DNA from: Candidatus Microgenomates bacterium
GTDB lineage: Bacteria > Patescibacteriota > Microgenomatia > UBA8517
Direction of reading: 5' to 3'
Assembly: GCA_016784385.1 (NCBI GenBank)
Contig: JADHUT010000005.1
Location: 1-46,267, forward strand
Length of the DNA stretch: 46,267 nt
In this document: in pieces, positions 37,835 to 45,746 of the stretch
How positions within the stretch are numbered: position 1 is the stretch's first letter
Layout: every line of letters begins with the position of its first letter
The notes under the pieces: model-generated
Told to the model about the DNA's origin: nothing
Database searches by the model: none
The model's input: the letters and a program-made list of their open reading frames with translations, nothing else
Translations under genes and position numbers: made by a program

Positions 37835-37859
37835 ACTCGAGATCTCTCGAGTTTTTTTT
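37835..37859 (+). terminator. Intrinsic terminator
   Basis: ACTCGAG-atct-CTCGAGT running into a T8 tract. Confidence 0.75.
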
Positions 37860-37891
37860 ATGCAAAAAATAACTAGAAACGAGGTGGTTAA

Positions 37892-38104
37892 TTGATGAAA
37901 CAAGAAAAAAATGATTGTTATAACCCAGGAGATTTATCACTTCCAAAGGATTACATAATAATACCAAGAGAAAAAGTATTGATTATACAGAGCAATCAAG
38001 CAATGCTCACAAACCCTAGAGGCTTTGACAGGATAGAAAGCTTGGATTTAGAAACATATTCTAGAGAAGATGAAAAACAAGCTATCGCAGAAACAACAAT
38101 CTAA
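37892..38104 (+). CDS. Hypothetical protein
   Basis: 70-aa ORF with SD GAGGTGG at 37881-37887 (start TTG 37892 or ATG 37895). Confidence 0.6.
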   Translation: MMKQEKNDCYNPGDLSLPKDYIIIPREKVLIIQSNQAMLTNPRGFDRIESLDLETYSREDEKQAIAETTI

Positions 38105-38116
38105 ATCAAATATATA

Positions 38117-38317
38117 ATGACAGAAACACCACATTTTCAAATAGGACACATGTGCGCAGGATGTGCAGTATCTAACAGACTACATACAGGTTGTGTAGCA
38201 AATGGAAATGTTGTTGTCATGAAAAATAATCAAAGCAAAGATTTTGACAATAACCCTTTGGTAGAACAACTTCCTAGAGAATTTCAAAAGAAGATTATTT
38301 CTACTACATCCTCTTGA
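38117..38317 (+). CDS. Hypothetical protein with CxxC
   Basis: 66 aa, contains MCAGC...GC; 12 nt after the preceding ORF. Confidence 0.5.
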   Translation: MTETPHFQIGHMCAGCAVSNRLHTGCVANGNVVVMKNNQSKDFDNNPLVEQLPREFQKKIISTTSS

Positions 38318-38335
38318 AATATATAAATATTTTTG

Positions 38336-38409
38336 GGTGGCTGAGGAGAATTGAACTCCCGACCTTTCCCTCCACAGGGGAACGCTCTGCCAACTGAGCT
38401 ACAACCACC
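38336..38409 (-). tRNA. tRNA-His(GUG) with encoded G-1
   Basis: GGTGGTTGTAGCTCAGTTGGCAGAGCG-TTCCC-CTGTGGA-GGGAA-AGGTCGGGAGTTCAATTCTCCTCAGCCACC; G-1:C73 pair. Confidence 0.95.
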
Positions 38410-38426
38410 AAACAATTACTGTTGTG

Positions 38427-38497
38427 AGCAGGTAGAGGGAATCGAACCCTCATTTACTGCTTGGAAAGCAGTAGTTCTGCCATTAAACTATACCTGC
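38427..38497 (-). tRNA. tRNA-Gly(UCC)
   Basis: GCAGGTA...ACTGC-TTTCCAA-GCAGT...GAGGGTTCGATTCCCTC-TACCTGC-T. Confidence 0.95.
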
Positions 38498-38528
38498 ATT
38501 CAAAGTAAAGCCAAGCTCTACTTTTCTG

Positions 38529-38602
38529 TCGGGGTGCCCGGGCTCGAACCGGGGACCTCACCGTCCCAAACGGCGCACTCTACCAAACTGAGCTACACCC
38601 CG
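38529..38602 (-). tRNA. tRNA-Pro(UGG)
   Basis: CGGGGTG...CGCCG-TTTGGGA-CGGTG...GGTTCGAGCC...CACCCCG-A. Confidence 0.95.
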
Positions 38603-38633
38603 TAAATATCAAAGATTATTATAACATTACTTG

Positions 38634-38717
38634 TGTCGGAGAGAGGATTCGAACCTCCACGCCATATAATGACAAAGGCTCTTAAGGCCTTCGCGTCTAC
38701 CATTCCGCCACTCCGAC
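38634..38717 (-). tRNA. tRNA-Leu(UAA)
   Basis: GTCGGAG...AAGGC-CTTAAGA-GCCTT; long variable arm; GGAGGTTCGAATCCTCT; A73. Confidence 0.95.
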
Positions 38718-38748
38718 ATATATTACTATTATATCAAAATTGAGTAAA

Positions 38749-40365
38749 TTATGTTGTTTTTACTGACTTCAGAAATTCCACAAAAATTGGGTGGGGGGTT
38801 GTGGGCCTACTTTTATATTCAGGGTGAAACTGTACCCCAACAAAGAATTTTTTTCCTGGAAGTTCAATTACTTCTACCAGTTTTCCATTTGGAGACATTC
38901 CACTAAACACCATTCCATTTTTTTCAAATTGTTTTTTGAATTTATTATTAAATTCATATCTATGTCTGTGTCTTTCTGATATAACTTTAGAATTATAAAT
39001 TTTGTATAGTTTTGAATTCTTTTTTATTTTGCAAGGGTATGCACCAAGTCTAATTGTCCCTCCATATTTTTTGTCTTTTATTAATTTTACTTGATCTGCC
39101 ATTGTATGAATCACTGGATACTTTGTTTTTGGATTTACTTCCATAGAGTTTGCACTTTTTAGACCTAACACATTTCTGCCATATTCAATGACAGCCATTT
39201 GCATACCAAAACAAAGCCCTAAAAACGGTAAATCGTTTTCACGAGCGTACTTAATCGCTTTTATTTTCCCCTCCACACCACGTTTTCCCCAACCTTGTGG
39301 AATTATTATTCCATTTAACTCTTTCATTGTTTTTTTGAAATTCTTTGTTTTTTCTAAAGCTTCTGAATCTATCCATATGATTTCGGAGTCAATTCCAAGT
39401 TTCCAACCAGCGTGCTTGATAGCTTCTACTACACACACATAACTGTCAGAAAGTACGTAATCTCCAGTCTTTTGATACTTACCAATTACTCCAATCTTGG
39501 TTTTTTTGGAAGTACTATTAATTTTTTTAACTAAAGCATTCCACTCGCCAAGGTCTTGTTTTTGTTTTTTCAGCCCCAACTTTTTTAAAATATTTACATC
39601 AAAATTTTGTTTTTTCAAAACCAAGGGAACTTCATATATACTTTCTACATCAGGGGCTGCAATAATATCCTCCATTTTAACTCCAGACGCTAGTGCAATT
39701 TTTTCTTTTCTTTTTTCATCAATCCAAATTTCGGACCTTGCAACTATAAAGTCAGGGGAAAGGCCCAGTGAATTAAGTTGGCTTACAGATTGCTGGAGTG
39801 GTTTACTTTTAAGCTCTCCAATAGAAGGAGGTGCTGGCAAATAACCTACATGAACTAATATTGTATCGTCTGGGCTTTCCAGTTTTAATCTCCTTACGCT
39901 TTCAAAAAAAAGTAGTCCTTCATATTCACCGACAGTTCCACCAAGCTCAACAATTACTACGTCGGACTTACTAGACAATCCTGCCTGTTTCCATTTATTA
40001 ATAATTTCAGGAGGGATATGGTGGTATGGTTCAACACATTTGCCTCCATAATCCAAAGCCCTTTCTTTATCCAGCACAAGCCTGTAAAGCTGACCATTTG
40101 TTGTATAGTTGGAGCGGGTTAAATCAATATCTAAAAATCGTTCGTAATGACCCAAATCTTGATCTGTTTCTAATCCATCATCAGTAACAAATACTTCACC
40201 ATGCTCAATTGGGTTCATTGTTCCTGCATCTTCATTAAGATACATGTCACACTTCATTGCAGTTACCTTAATTCCGCGAGATTTAAGAAGAAGACCTATT
40301 GAGGCAGCTGTTATGCCTTTACCAAGGCCTGACAGTACTCCACCTGAAACTATTATGAATTTCAA
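38749..40365 (-). CDS. pyrG: CTP synthase
   Basis: GGVLSGLGKG, DAGTMNP.EHGEVFV, GGTVG, GLCFGMQ, ERHRHRYE and QFHPE motifs. Confidence 0.97.
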   Translation of the reverse strand: MKFIIVSGGVLSGLGKGITAASIGLLLKSRGIKVTAMKCDMYLNEDAGTMNPIEHGEVFVTDDGLETDQDLGHYERFLDIDLTRSNYTTNGQLYRLVLDKERALDYGGKCVEPYHHIPPEIINKWKQAGLSSKSDVVIVELGGTVGEYEGLLFFESVRRLKLESPDDTILVHVGYLPAPPSIGELKSKPLQQSVSQLNSLGLSPDFIVARSEIWIDEKRKEKIALASGVKMEDIIAAPDVESIYEVPLVLKKQNFDVNILKKLGLKKQKQDLGEWNALVKKINSTSKKTKIGVIGKYQKTGDYVLSDSYVCVVEAIKHAGWKLGIDSEIIWIDSEALEKTKNFKKTMKELNGIIIPQGWGKRGVEGKIKAIKYARENDLPFLGLCFGMQMAVIEYGRNVLGLKSANSMEVNPKTKYPVIHTMADQVKLIKDKKYGGTIRLGAYPCKIKKNSKLYKIYNSKVISERHRHRYEFNNKFKKQFEKNGMVFSGMSPNGKLVEVIELPGKKFFVGVQFHPEYKSRPTTPHPIFVEFLKSVKTT

Positions 40366-40414
40366 TATGAAGATATTTATACCATGAAACTGATAAAAAT
40401 GTAAGGAAGTTTTG

Positions 40415-40486
40415 TGCGCCTAGAGAGAGTCGAACTCCCATTTTCCGTTCCGAAGACGGACGCTCTATCCATTGAGCTATAGGCGC
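40415..40486 (-). tRNA. tRNA-Arg(UCG)
   Basis: GCGCCTA...TCCGT-CTTCGGA-ACGGA...TAGGCGC-A. Confidence 0.95.
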
Positions 40487-40592
40487 ATGCGTACTCTTAA
40501 TATCCTTCCAAATTATACCTTAATACACAAATAATTACCTACACCAGGGGTGTTATTATAAAACTAAAGAGGTCTATATATAAACAAATGGG

Positions 40593-40910
40593 TTAATTTT
40601 CTTCCAAAAGTATGGTTTCTAGATTTGCTGCACGTTCCTGGTATTCTGAAATCTTTTGTAATTTATGTGCATGTTTATCTACTTTTGCTTTCAAATCTTC
40701 TTTACATCCTCTTGGTATGAGGTTTGCCCAGCATCTATTCCTGCCCCCATATCCATCACAATCGACTGTTGTTGTTACTAAATTACCATCAATATCATAG
40801 GAATTAGCTATAGATGCCCCATTTCCTCTACAGGTACCTATTTTTATAACTTGTTTTTCAACACCATCAGGTAAATCGTTGGTTATAATAATTGTTACTG
40901 GAATTTCCAT
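40593..40910 (-). CDS. Hypothetical protein (4 Cys)
   Basis: 105-aa ATG ORF filling the intergenic space; no recognised family. Confidence 0.6.
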   Translation of the reverse strand: MEIPVTIIITNDLPDGVEKQVIKIGTCRGNGASIANSYDIDGNLVTTTVDCDGYGGRNRCWANLIPRGCKEDLKAKVDKHAHKLQKISEYQERAANLETILLEEN

Positions 40911-40947
40911 ATTTATATTTTTATCATCTCAAAAGTCAACTTCAACT

Positions 40948-41406
40948 TCACATTTTATTAACATCTAAAACTCCTTTTATTGCAAGGTTCTCATAACCTA
41001 TGATCGCTTTTTCAGGAAGTTCTCCTGCTTCCCGAACTCTATTTATTATCTCAACTACTTCTCCAGAATAAGTTTTTACACCTTCTGCAAAGATATTTAC
41101 ATGTGATACATATGAAATACTAAACTTACCTTCTCTTGCTCCTTTTCTTGTTCCCTTAACACGAAAAAGTTTTCCTTCACTATCTACTTTAATCACTGTT
41201 GCAACTTTGCACCACTCACCAGCTACTTTCATTTTTTTATCTATAAGTTCTATTGGGCACGTATCACGATCTGTACAAGCTACACACATTGAAGCAATCT
41301 GATCTTCAAACGTATTCTCAAGTTCGACAGGTTTGTCTTTAAAGCCGTTTTCCTGTGCAAAATTTTCTAAAAAGTTTTTCTTTGCTAGATTATTTCTTTC
41401 TTTCAT
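40948..41406 (-). CDS. Hypothetical protein (CxxC-x5-C...WC)
   Basis: 152-aa ATG ORF with TATAAT/TATACT just upstream. Confidence 0.65.
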   Translation of the reverse strand: MKERNNLAKKNFLENFAQENGFKDKPVELENTFEDQIASMCVACTDRDTCPIELIDKKMKVAGEWCKVATVIKVDSEGKLFRVKGTRKGAREGKFSISYVSHVNIFAEGVKTYSGEVVEIINRVREAGELPEKAIIGYENLAIKGVLDVNKM

Positions 41407-41511
41407 ATCAATGCAGTAGTATATTATAAGATAGTTTTATTGTCAATAATTACACACTCTCAAAACACACTTTGGGTGAGTGGAATTAATCCTGTTATAA
41501 TACACTCTATT

Positions 41512-42582
41512 ATGCTAACAATTGCTCAACAAATTGAAGAAATTGAGGCTGTAATCCGAAAAACTCCTCATCACAAGGCTACCAATGCTTTCATTGGCAA
41601 TATGCGAGCTAAAATTTCAAAGTTAAAAGACAAAGAAGCTGTGGCATCTAAAAAAGGTGGGGGAGGGGGAGGGATGGGTTATTCTGTAAAAAAACAAGGT
41701 GATGCAACTATTGCTTTAGTTGGTCCCCCTTCTGCGGGGAAATCAACTCTCATCAACAAAATTACAAACACCAAGAGTAAAGTAGCCGCCTATGCCTTTA
41801 CCACAGTTACAGTAATCCCTGGAATGCTTAAGTACAATGATGCATATATCCAGATCTTGGATATCCCCGGATTAATACAGGGGGCATCAATTGGGAAAGG
41901 GAGGGGGAAAGAAGTTCTTTCTGTTGCAAGGGGGGCAGACCTATTGGTAATTATGACTGATATAAAAAGACCAAAAGCTATAAATAAACTAGTAAATGAG
42001 CTTGAAGGGGCTGGTATTAGGATAAACAAGGTTGAACCAAAAGTAAGAATTGAAAAAATGATGGGTGGGGGAGTATCGGTAACGTCTAATATAAAACAAG
42101 ACTTTGATAATGAAACAATAAAATCTGTTGCTTCTGAGTTTGGATTCAAAAATGGCAATATAGCTTTAAAAGAAAAACTAACAATAGACCAACTAGTAGA
42201 CAGTTTTTCAAGAAGAATAGTATACAAAAAGGCTATTTTTGTAGTCAATAAAGCAGACACAGATATAGAAAAGAAAAACAGTGACTATTTGTATATATCA
42301 GCAGAAAACGGAACTGGAATTGAAAACTTCATTCAAACCATTTGGAATGAACTTGATCTGGTAAAAATCTACCTTGTTAGACGCGATCAAGAACCAAGCC
42401 AAGAGAATCCAATCATAATGAAAAAACACAACACTCTCCAAGATGTTGCAGACAGTATTGGGACTGAATTTGCCTCAGGTAAAAAACTTGCAAAAGTGTG
42501 GGGGAATGGCTCTAAATTTCCAGGACAAGAACTACCGCTGAGCTCAAATGTTGTTGAAGGAATGCAAATCAGGTTTATATAG
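41512..42582 (+). CDS. DRG-family (Obg superfamily) GTPase with TGS domain
   Basis: N-terminal TPHHKAT..IG..RAK.SKL; VKKQGDA.IALVG.PSAGKST; YAFTT; DIPG; NKAD; C-terminal AKVWG..SKFPGQ. Confidence 0.92.
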   Translation: MLTIAQQIEEIEAVIRKTPHHKATNAFIGNMRAKISKLKDKEAVASKKGGGGGGMGYSVKKQGDATIALVGPPSAGKSTLINKITNTKSKVAAYAFTTVTVIPGMLKYNDAYIQILDIPGLIQGASIGKGRGKEVLSVARGADLLVIMTDIKRPKAINKLVNELEGAGIRINKVEPKVRIEKMMGGGVSVTSNIKQDFDNETIKSVASEFGFKNGNIALKEKLTIDQLVDSFSRRIVYKKAIFVVNKADTDIEKKNSDYLYISAENGTGIENFIQTIWNELDLVKIYLVRRDQEPSQENPIIMKKHNTLQDVADSIGTEFASGKKLAKVWGNGSKFPGQELPLSSNVVEGMQIRFI

Positions 42583-42642
42583 CTTCTTCAGCAACTGGTA
42601 ATTATTCTTTTGCCGATGGACAATTATCAATACAAGGTCTGG

Positions 42643-43212
42643 TTAGAACTTTGGCTCGTTTCCAGGGTTCCATTTAATATTACATCCCGAGCTAGGCTTT
42701 TGATTCTTTAATATAGTTTTTTTATTTAAAACAGCATCTATGGCATCTTTTAAATGTTTCCCAGTAGGATGACCTCCTCCTGGACGGGTATCATCAAATT
42801 GGCCACGATAAACTAATTTCTTGTTTTCATCAAATACGTAAAAGTCTGGAGTACAAGCCGCTTGATATAATTTGGCCACATCTTGAGATTTGTCTACCAA
42901 ATAGGGGAAAGAGAAACAATATTTAGCGGCCTGTTGCACCATACCCCCTAGATCATCATCAGGATCATACCTTGGGTCATTGCTATTTATAGCAATGACA
43001 GCAACACTTTTTTTCATATATTTTGAGGCCAGGGACGCAAACTCTCGCTCTAGATGTTTAACGTATGGACAGTGAACACAGATGAAAGCAATGAGATAGG
43101 CCTTAGAATCTTTAAAATCATTTATTGAAACAAATTCACCATTTAAATTAGGTAAAGAAAAATCAGGTGCGGCAGTTCCTAAAGGGAGCATGCTAGATAA
43201 TGTAAGTGACAT
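42643..43212 (-). CDS. Thioredoxin-like AhpC/TSA (PRX-like1) protein
   Basis: APDFSLP, FICVHCPYV, AINSND, A.CTPDF.VFD, YRGQFDD and GCNIKW motifs. Confidence 0.92.
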   Translation of the reverse strand: MSLTLSSMLPLGTAAPDFSLPNLNGEFVSINDFKDSKAYLIAFICVHCPYVKHLEREFASLASKYMKKSVAVIAINSNDPRYDPDDDLGGMVQQAAKYCFSFPYLVDKSQDVAKLYQAACTPDFYVFDENKKLVYRGQFDDTRPGGGHPTGKHLKDAIDAVLNKKTILKNQKPSSGCNIKWNPGNEPKF

Positions 43213-43430
43213 AGTAAACTTATCCTACCATAAAAATTAATCAGTCGATGTTTAACCTACAGATGTCATGGACTTAACTAAAAAGAGAGTTATAAAGAAA
43301 GAGGTTTATTCACGGAATTTTTACAAAGAAGACAAAAAAATAAACAATTAAATTATCCCAGTCTTTTAAGTTTAATATTCAAACGATGTGTACCACATAT
43401 ACCAGTTTATGGGCTGGCACTATTTCTGGC

Positions 43431-43452
43431 CAGAAGTCTCTTTGTGTGATCC
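43431..43452 (+). repeat. 22-bp direct repeat, copy 1 (distal att)
   Basis: CAGAAGTCTCTTTGTGTGATCC, identical to 45272-45293. Confidence 0.92.
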
Positions 43453-43587
43453 TAAGCATACCGAATCCGAACCAGATTATAAATGAACTCATAGACCTAT
43501 TCAAAACTTTCTTACCTGACATGTGTAGCCTTGGCTATACATATACAACATAGGCTCCGTATAGGTATTTGAACCGTCTATTCGTAT

Positions 43588-45057
43588 TTAATTAAACTTT
43601 GCTGTTTCTGGAGGAGGACTAGATTCATCAAGTACATATTTTACTTTACTGTCTGGGTTAACGATTATTTCAGTAGACGGGTAATGTGTCACACCAAGTT
43701 GTCGTAGCTTATTTGCATACTCAACACTAGATGTACACGAGTCCAGTGATTGCATAATCTTTGAAACTGGTTCAGTATTTTCCGTGCCGTATTTAAACCA
43801 TTTATCCATTGTAACGAGTTTAATATGTTCAAAGAGTTCATATGCTTTATAAGTTCCTCTGTCATTATATTCAGGCTCTTCTGCCCATTCACCATCGTCA
43901 CCATATGGATTAAAACGCAATTCTCCATCCTCTTTTTTAACTATTCCACGATAGGTTTTTGGTGTAGACACCATTACTCTTCTATTTCTACCATCTCTTT
44001 TAGCTGTAACCCATTTATCTTCAGTATCTTCTAAACGAAATATCAATTCGTTGTTTTCATTCTTTGTTACATATAATCTTATTTCTCCACTCTCACTACC
44101 AACCCTGTCAGTGGAAAATGGTCGTTTTCCTTCAATAATCTCAACATCTCGGTTATCTCGTAAAATTGAAATTATTTCAATCTCTTTACCTTCTACGTCA
44201 CGGAGTAGGCGATCAAAGAAACCAACTTGTGCAGGATTATTTATTTTCTTTACAGCTTCTTTTGCTTCAGCATATTTTTTCGAACTTAATTCACTTAACT
44301 TACTTACGAGATTTGATTTTATTTGACTGTGTACTTGCCAAATTTTCTCTTTTACAAAGTGTTTTAACAGTTCCTTATCAGAGAATACTTGGGTTGATAA
44401 CTCCGAATTTCTATCTAGGTCTCCAACTACAATGACGTTTCCTACTGATTGAGCCATCATCATTGCACCAAGAAGCCCAACACCGCCACCTTGTATGTCT
44501 TTAGGTACGCGAACTCCCCAACAGCGTTGATCATTTAATGTCATTGTTTCTGGATTGCTTTTCAATAGTTTCATAAGCGTGTAAATATTCTTACGGTAAG
44601 GTTCTGGGTCAGCTGTTTTGTCACCGTCTAATTCTAAAATTCTTGCATTTGAAACAATGCCATTTATCAATGATTGCATTTCTTCTGATTGCTTTATTTC
44701 GTTGTTTTTTTCTTCCGAAATAACACCCAACATAGACAATCGAATCTCATCCTCTTCATCTTTGGATAAAATATCTTTATTTTTCCATTGATTGACTTCC
44801 GCTGTATCTACTGGTGGCGGTGCTGTATTACAAAACATTTCTAAAGCTTCTGGTTGCAAAGAGTCTCCAAATCGCATTTCTCGAAAAGCAAAATCAGTCA
44901 ATGTTTCTTCTGGGCTAATTAAACCACCATCTCTTAAATCTTTCTCTGACAAATGTACATATGATTGACTTGCGAGCATGTCATATATCAATTTTTCTGC
45001 CGATTTACGATATAAATCGTTATTTGGAGGTTCAATATCTACAGATGCTTCTGCCAT
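43588..45057 (-). CDS. Hypothetical 489-aa protein (island cargo)
   Basis: Long acidic ORF; TATAAT 9 nt before the ATG; one Gly-rich hydrophobic stretch (GGGVGLLGAMMMA); no family recognised. Confidence 0.8.
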   Translation of the reverse strand: MAEASVDIEPPNNDLYRKSAEKLIYDMLASQSYVHLSEKDLRDGGLISPEETLTDFAFREMRFGDSLQPEALEMFCNTAPPPVDTAEVNQWKNKDILSKDEEDEIRLSMLGVISEEKNNEIKQSEEMQSLINGIVSNARILELDGDKTADPEPYRKNIYTLMKLLKSNPETMTLNDQRCWGVRVPKDIQGGGVGLLGAMMMAQSVGNVIVVGDLDRNSELSTQVFSDKELLKHFVKEKIWQVHSQIKSNLVSKLSELSSKKYAEAKEAVKKINNPAQVGFFDRLLRDVEGKEIEIISILRDNRDVEIIEGKRPFSTDRVGSESGEIRLYVTKNENNELIFRLEDTEDKWVTAKRDGRNRRVMVSTPKTYRGIVKKEDGELRFNPYGDDGEWAEEPEYNDRGTYKAYELFEHIKLVTMDKWFKYGTENTEPVSKIMQSLDSCTSSVEYANKLRQLGVTHYPSTEIIVNPDSKVKYVLDESSPPPETAKFN

Positions 45058-45271
45058 ACAAATATCATTATAAGCGATATTAGTATAAACACATAGTTTT
45101 TATTAAAGACAATTTGAAATTATAAGATGTAGTTGACGAAAGTTCTTCATATAATAAATTGAAAGTACTGAAGAATACAAAAAAAACGGCTACAGCCGTG
45201 TGGCTGTCGGAAATTTTTGCGATTTAGTTTGCAATTTGAAAAAAACAAAAAAGGAGTTCTCGCCGGCACAG

Positions 45272-45293
45272 CAGAAGTCTCTTTGTGTGATCC
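45272..45293 (+). repeat. 22-bp direct repeat, copy 2 (tRNA-proximal att)
   Basis: Covers the last 6 nt of tRNA-Lys plus 16 nt of 3' trailer. Confidence 0.92.
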
Positions 45294-45359
45294 CAGAAGG
45301 ATTCGAACCTTCGACCTTATCCTTAAGAGGGATCTGCTCTACCACTGAGCTATGGGATC
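45288..45359 (-). tRNA. tRNA-Lys(CUU)
   Basis: GATCCCA-TAGCTCAGTGGTAGAGCA-GATCC-CTCTTAA-GGATA...GAAGGTTCGAATCCTTC-TGGGATC-A. Confidence 0.94.
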
Positions 45360-45378
45360 AAATTGTATCAATTTGGAA

Positions 45379-45411
45379 TCATATGGTTCTCGCAAAGCGA
45401 GGTTCATATGA
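45379..45411. repeat. REP-like imperfect palindrome
   Basis: TCATATG-gtt-CTCGC-aaa-GCGAG-gtt-CATATGA. Confidence 0.6.
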
Positions 45412-45455
45412 GACCTCTTCTGTATTTTATCAAATTTTTTAGATTATTGTATTTG

Positions 45456-45527
45456 TGCGCCTACCAGGAATCGAACCTGGAATTACTCCTTAGAAGGGAG
45501 TTGGTATATCCGTTTACCTATAGGCGC
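45456..45527 (-). tRNA. tRNA-Arg(UCU)
   Basis: GCGCCTA...ACTCC-CTTCTAA-GGAGT...CCAGGTTCGATTCCTGG-TAGGCGC-A. Confidence 0.95.
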
Positions 45528-45587
45528 TTAAAAAGCGTATATATCAGATTTTGCTGTTATGAGCGCATAAAAAAACAGAAAGATAAT

Positions 45588-45598
45588 TGGAGCGGGTA
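45588..45598 (-). repeat. Duplicated 3' end of tRNA-Gly(GCC), including CCA
   Basis: Minus strand TACCCGCTCCA; GAGCGGGTA occurs at both 45590-45598 and 45629-45637. Confidence 0.7.
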
Positions 45599-45629
45599 AG
45601 AAACTTGACCCACTCCTCACTTCGCTCAG

Positions 45630-45700
45630 AGCGGGTAGAGGGAATCGAACCCTCGTATCCTGATTGGCAACCAGGTGTATTACCATTGTACTATACCCGC
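45630..45700 (-). tRNA. tRNA-Gly(GCC)
   Basis: GCGGGTA...CCTGG-TTGCCAA-TCAGG...GAGGGTTCGATTCCCTC-TACCCGC-T. Confidence 0.95.
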
Positions 45701-45746
45701 AAAATACACAAATTATATTACTCAAATATATGACTTTATGCCCTAT

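Larger units (their letters stand above)
43431..45293. mobile_element. Integrase-less island/cassette at the 3' end of tRNA-Lys(CUU)
   Basis: Bounded by 22-bp direct repeats 1841 bp apart; one repeat overlaps the tRNA acceptor end; carries a single cargo ORF. Confidence 0.7.

Noticed and set aside
38351-38605. 84-aa ORF in the track
   Set aside because: Antisense translation of tRNA-His, Gly and Pro (GIEP/GLEP T-arm signature).
41656-41679. G-rich tract as a G-quadruplex or phase-variable repeat
   Set aside because: It encodes the Gly linker normal for DRG GTPases and the frame is intact.
793-44435. Many antisense or nested ORFs (e.g. 793-1545, 11885-12514, 35695-36261, 41790-42260)
   Set aside because: Shadow frames of well-supported genes, with no motifs of their own.
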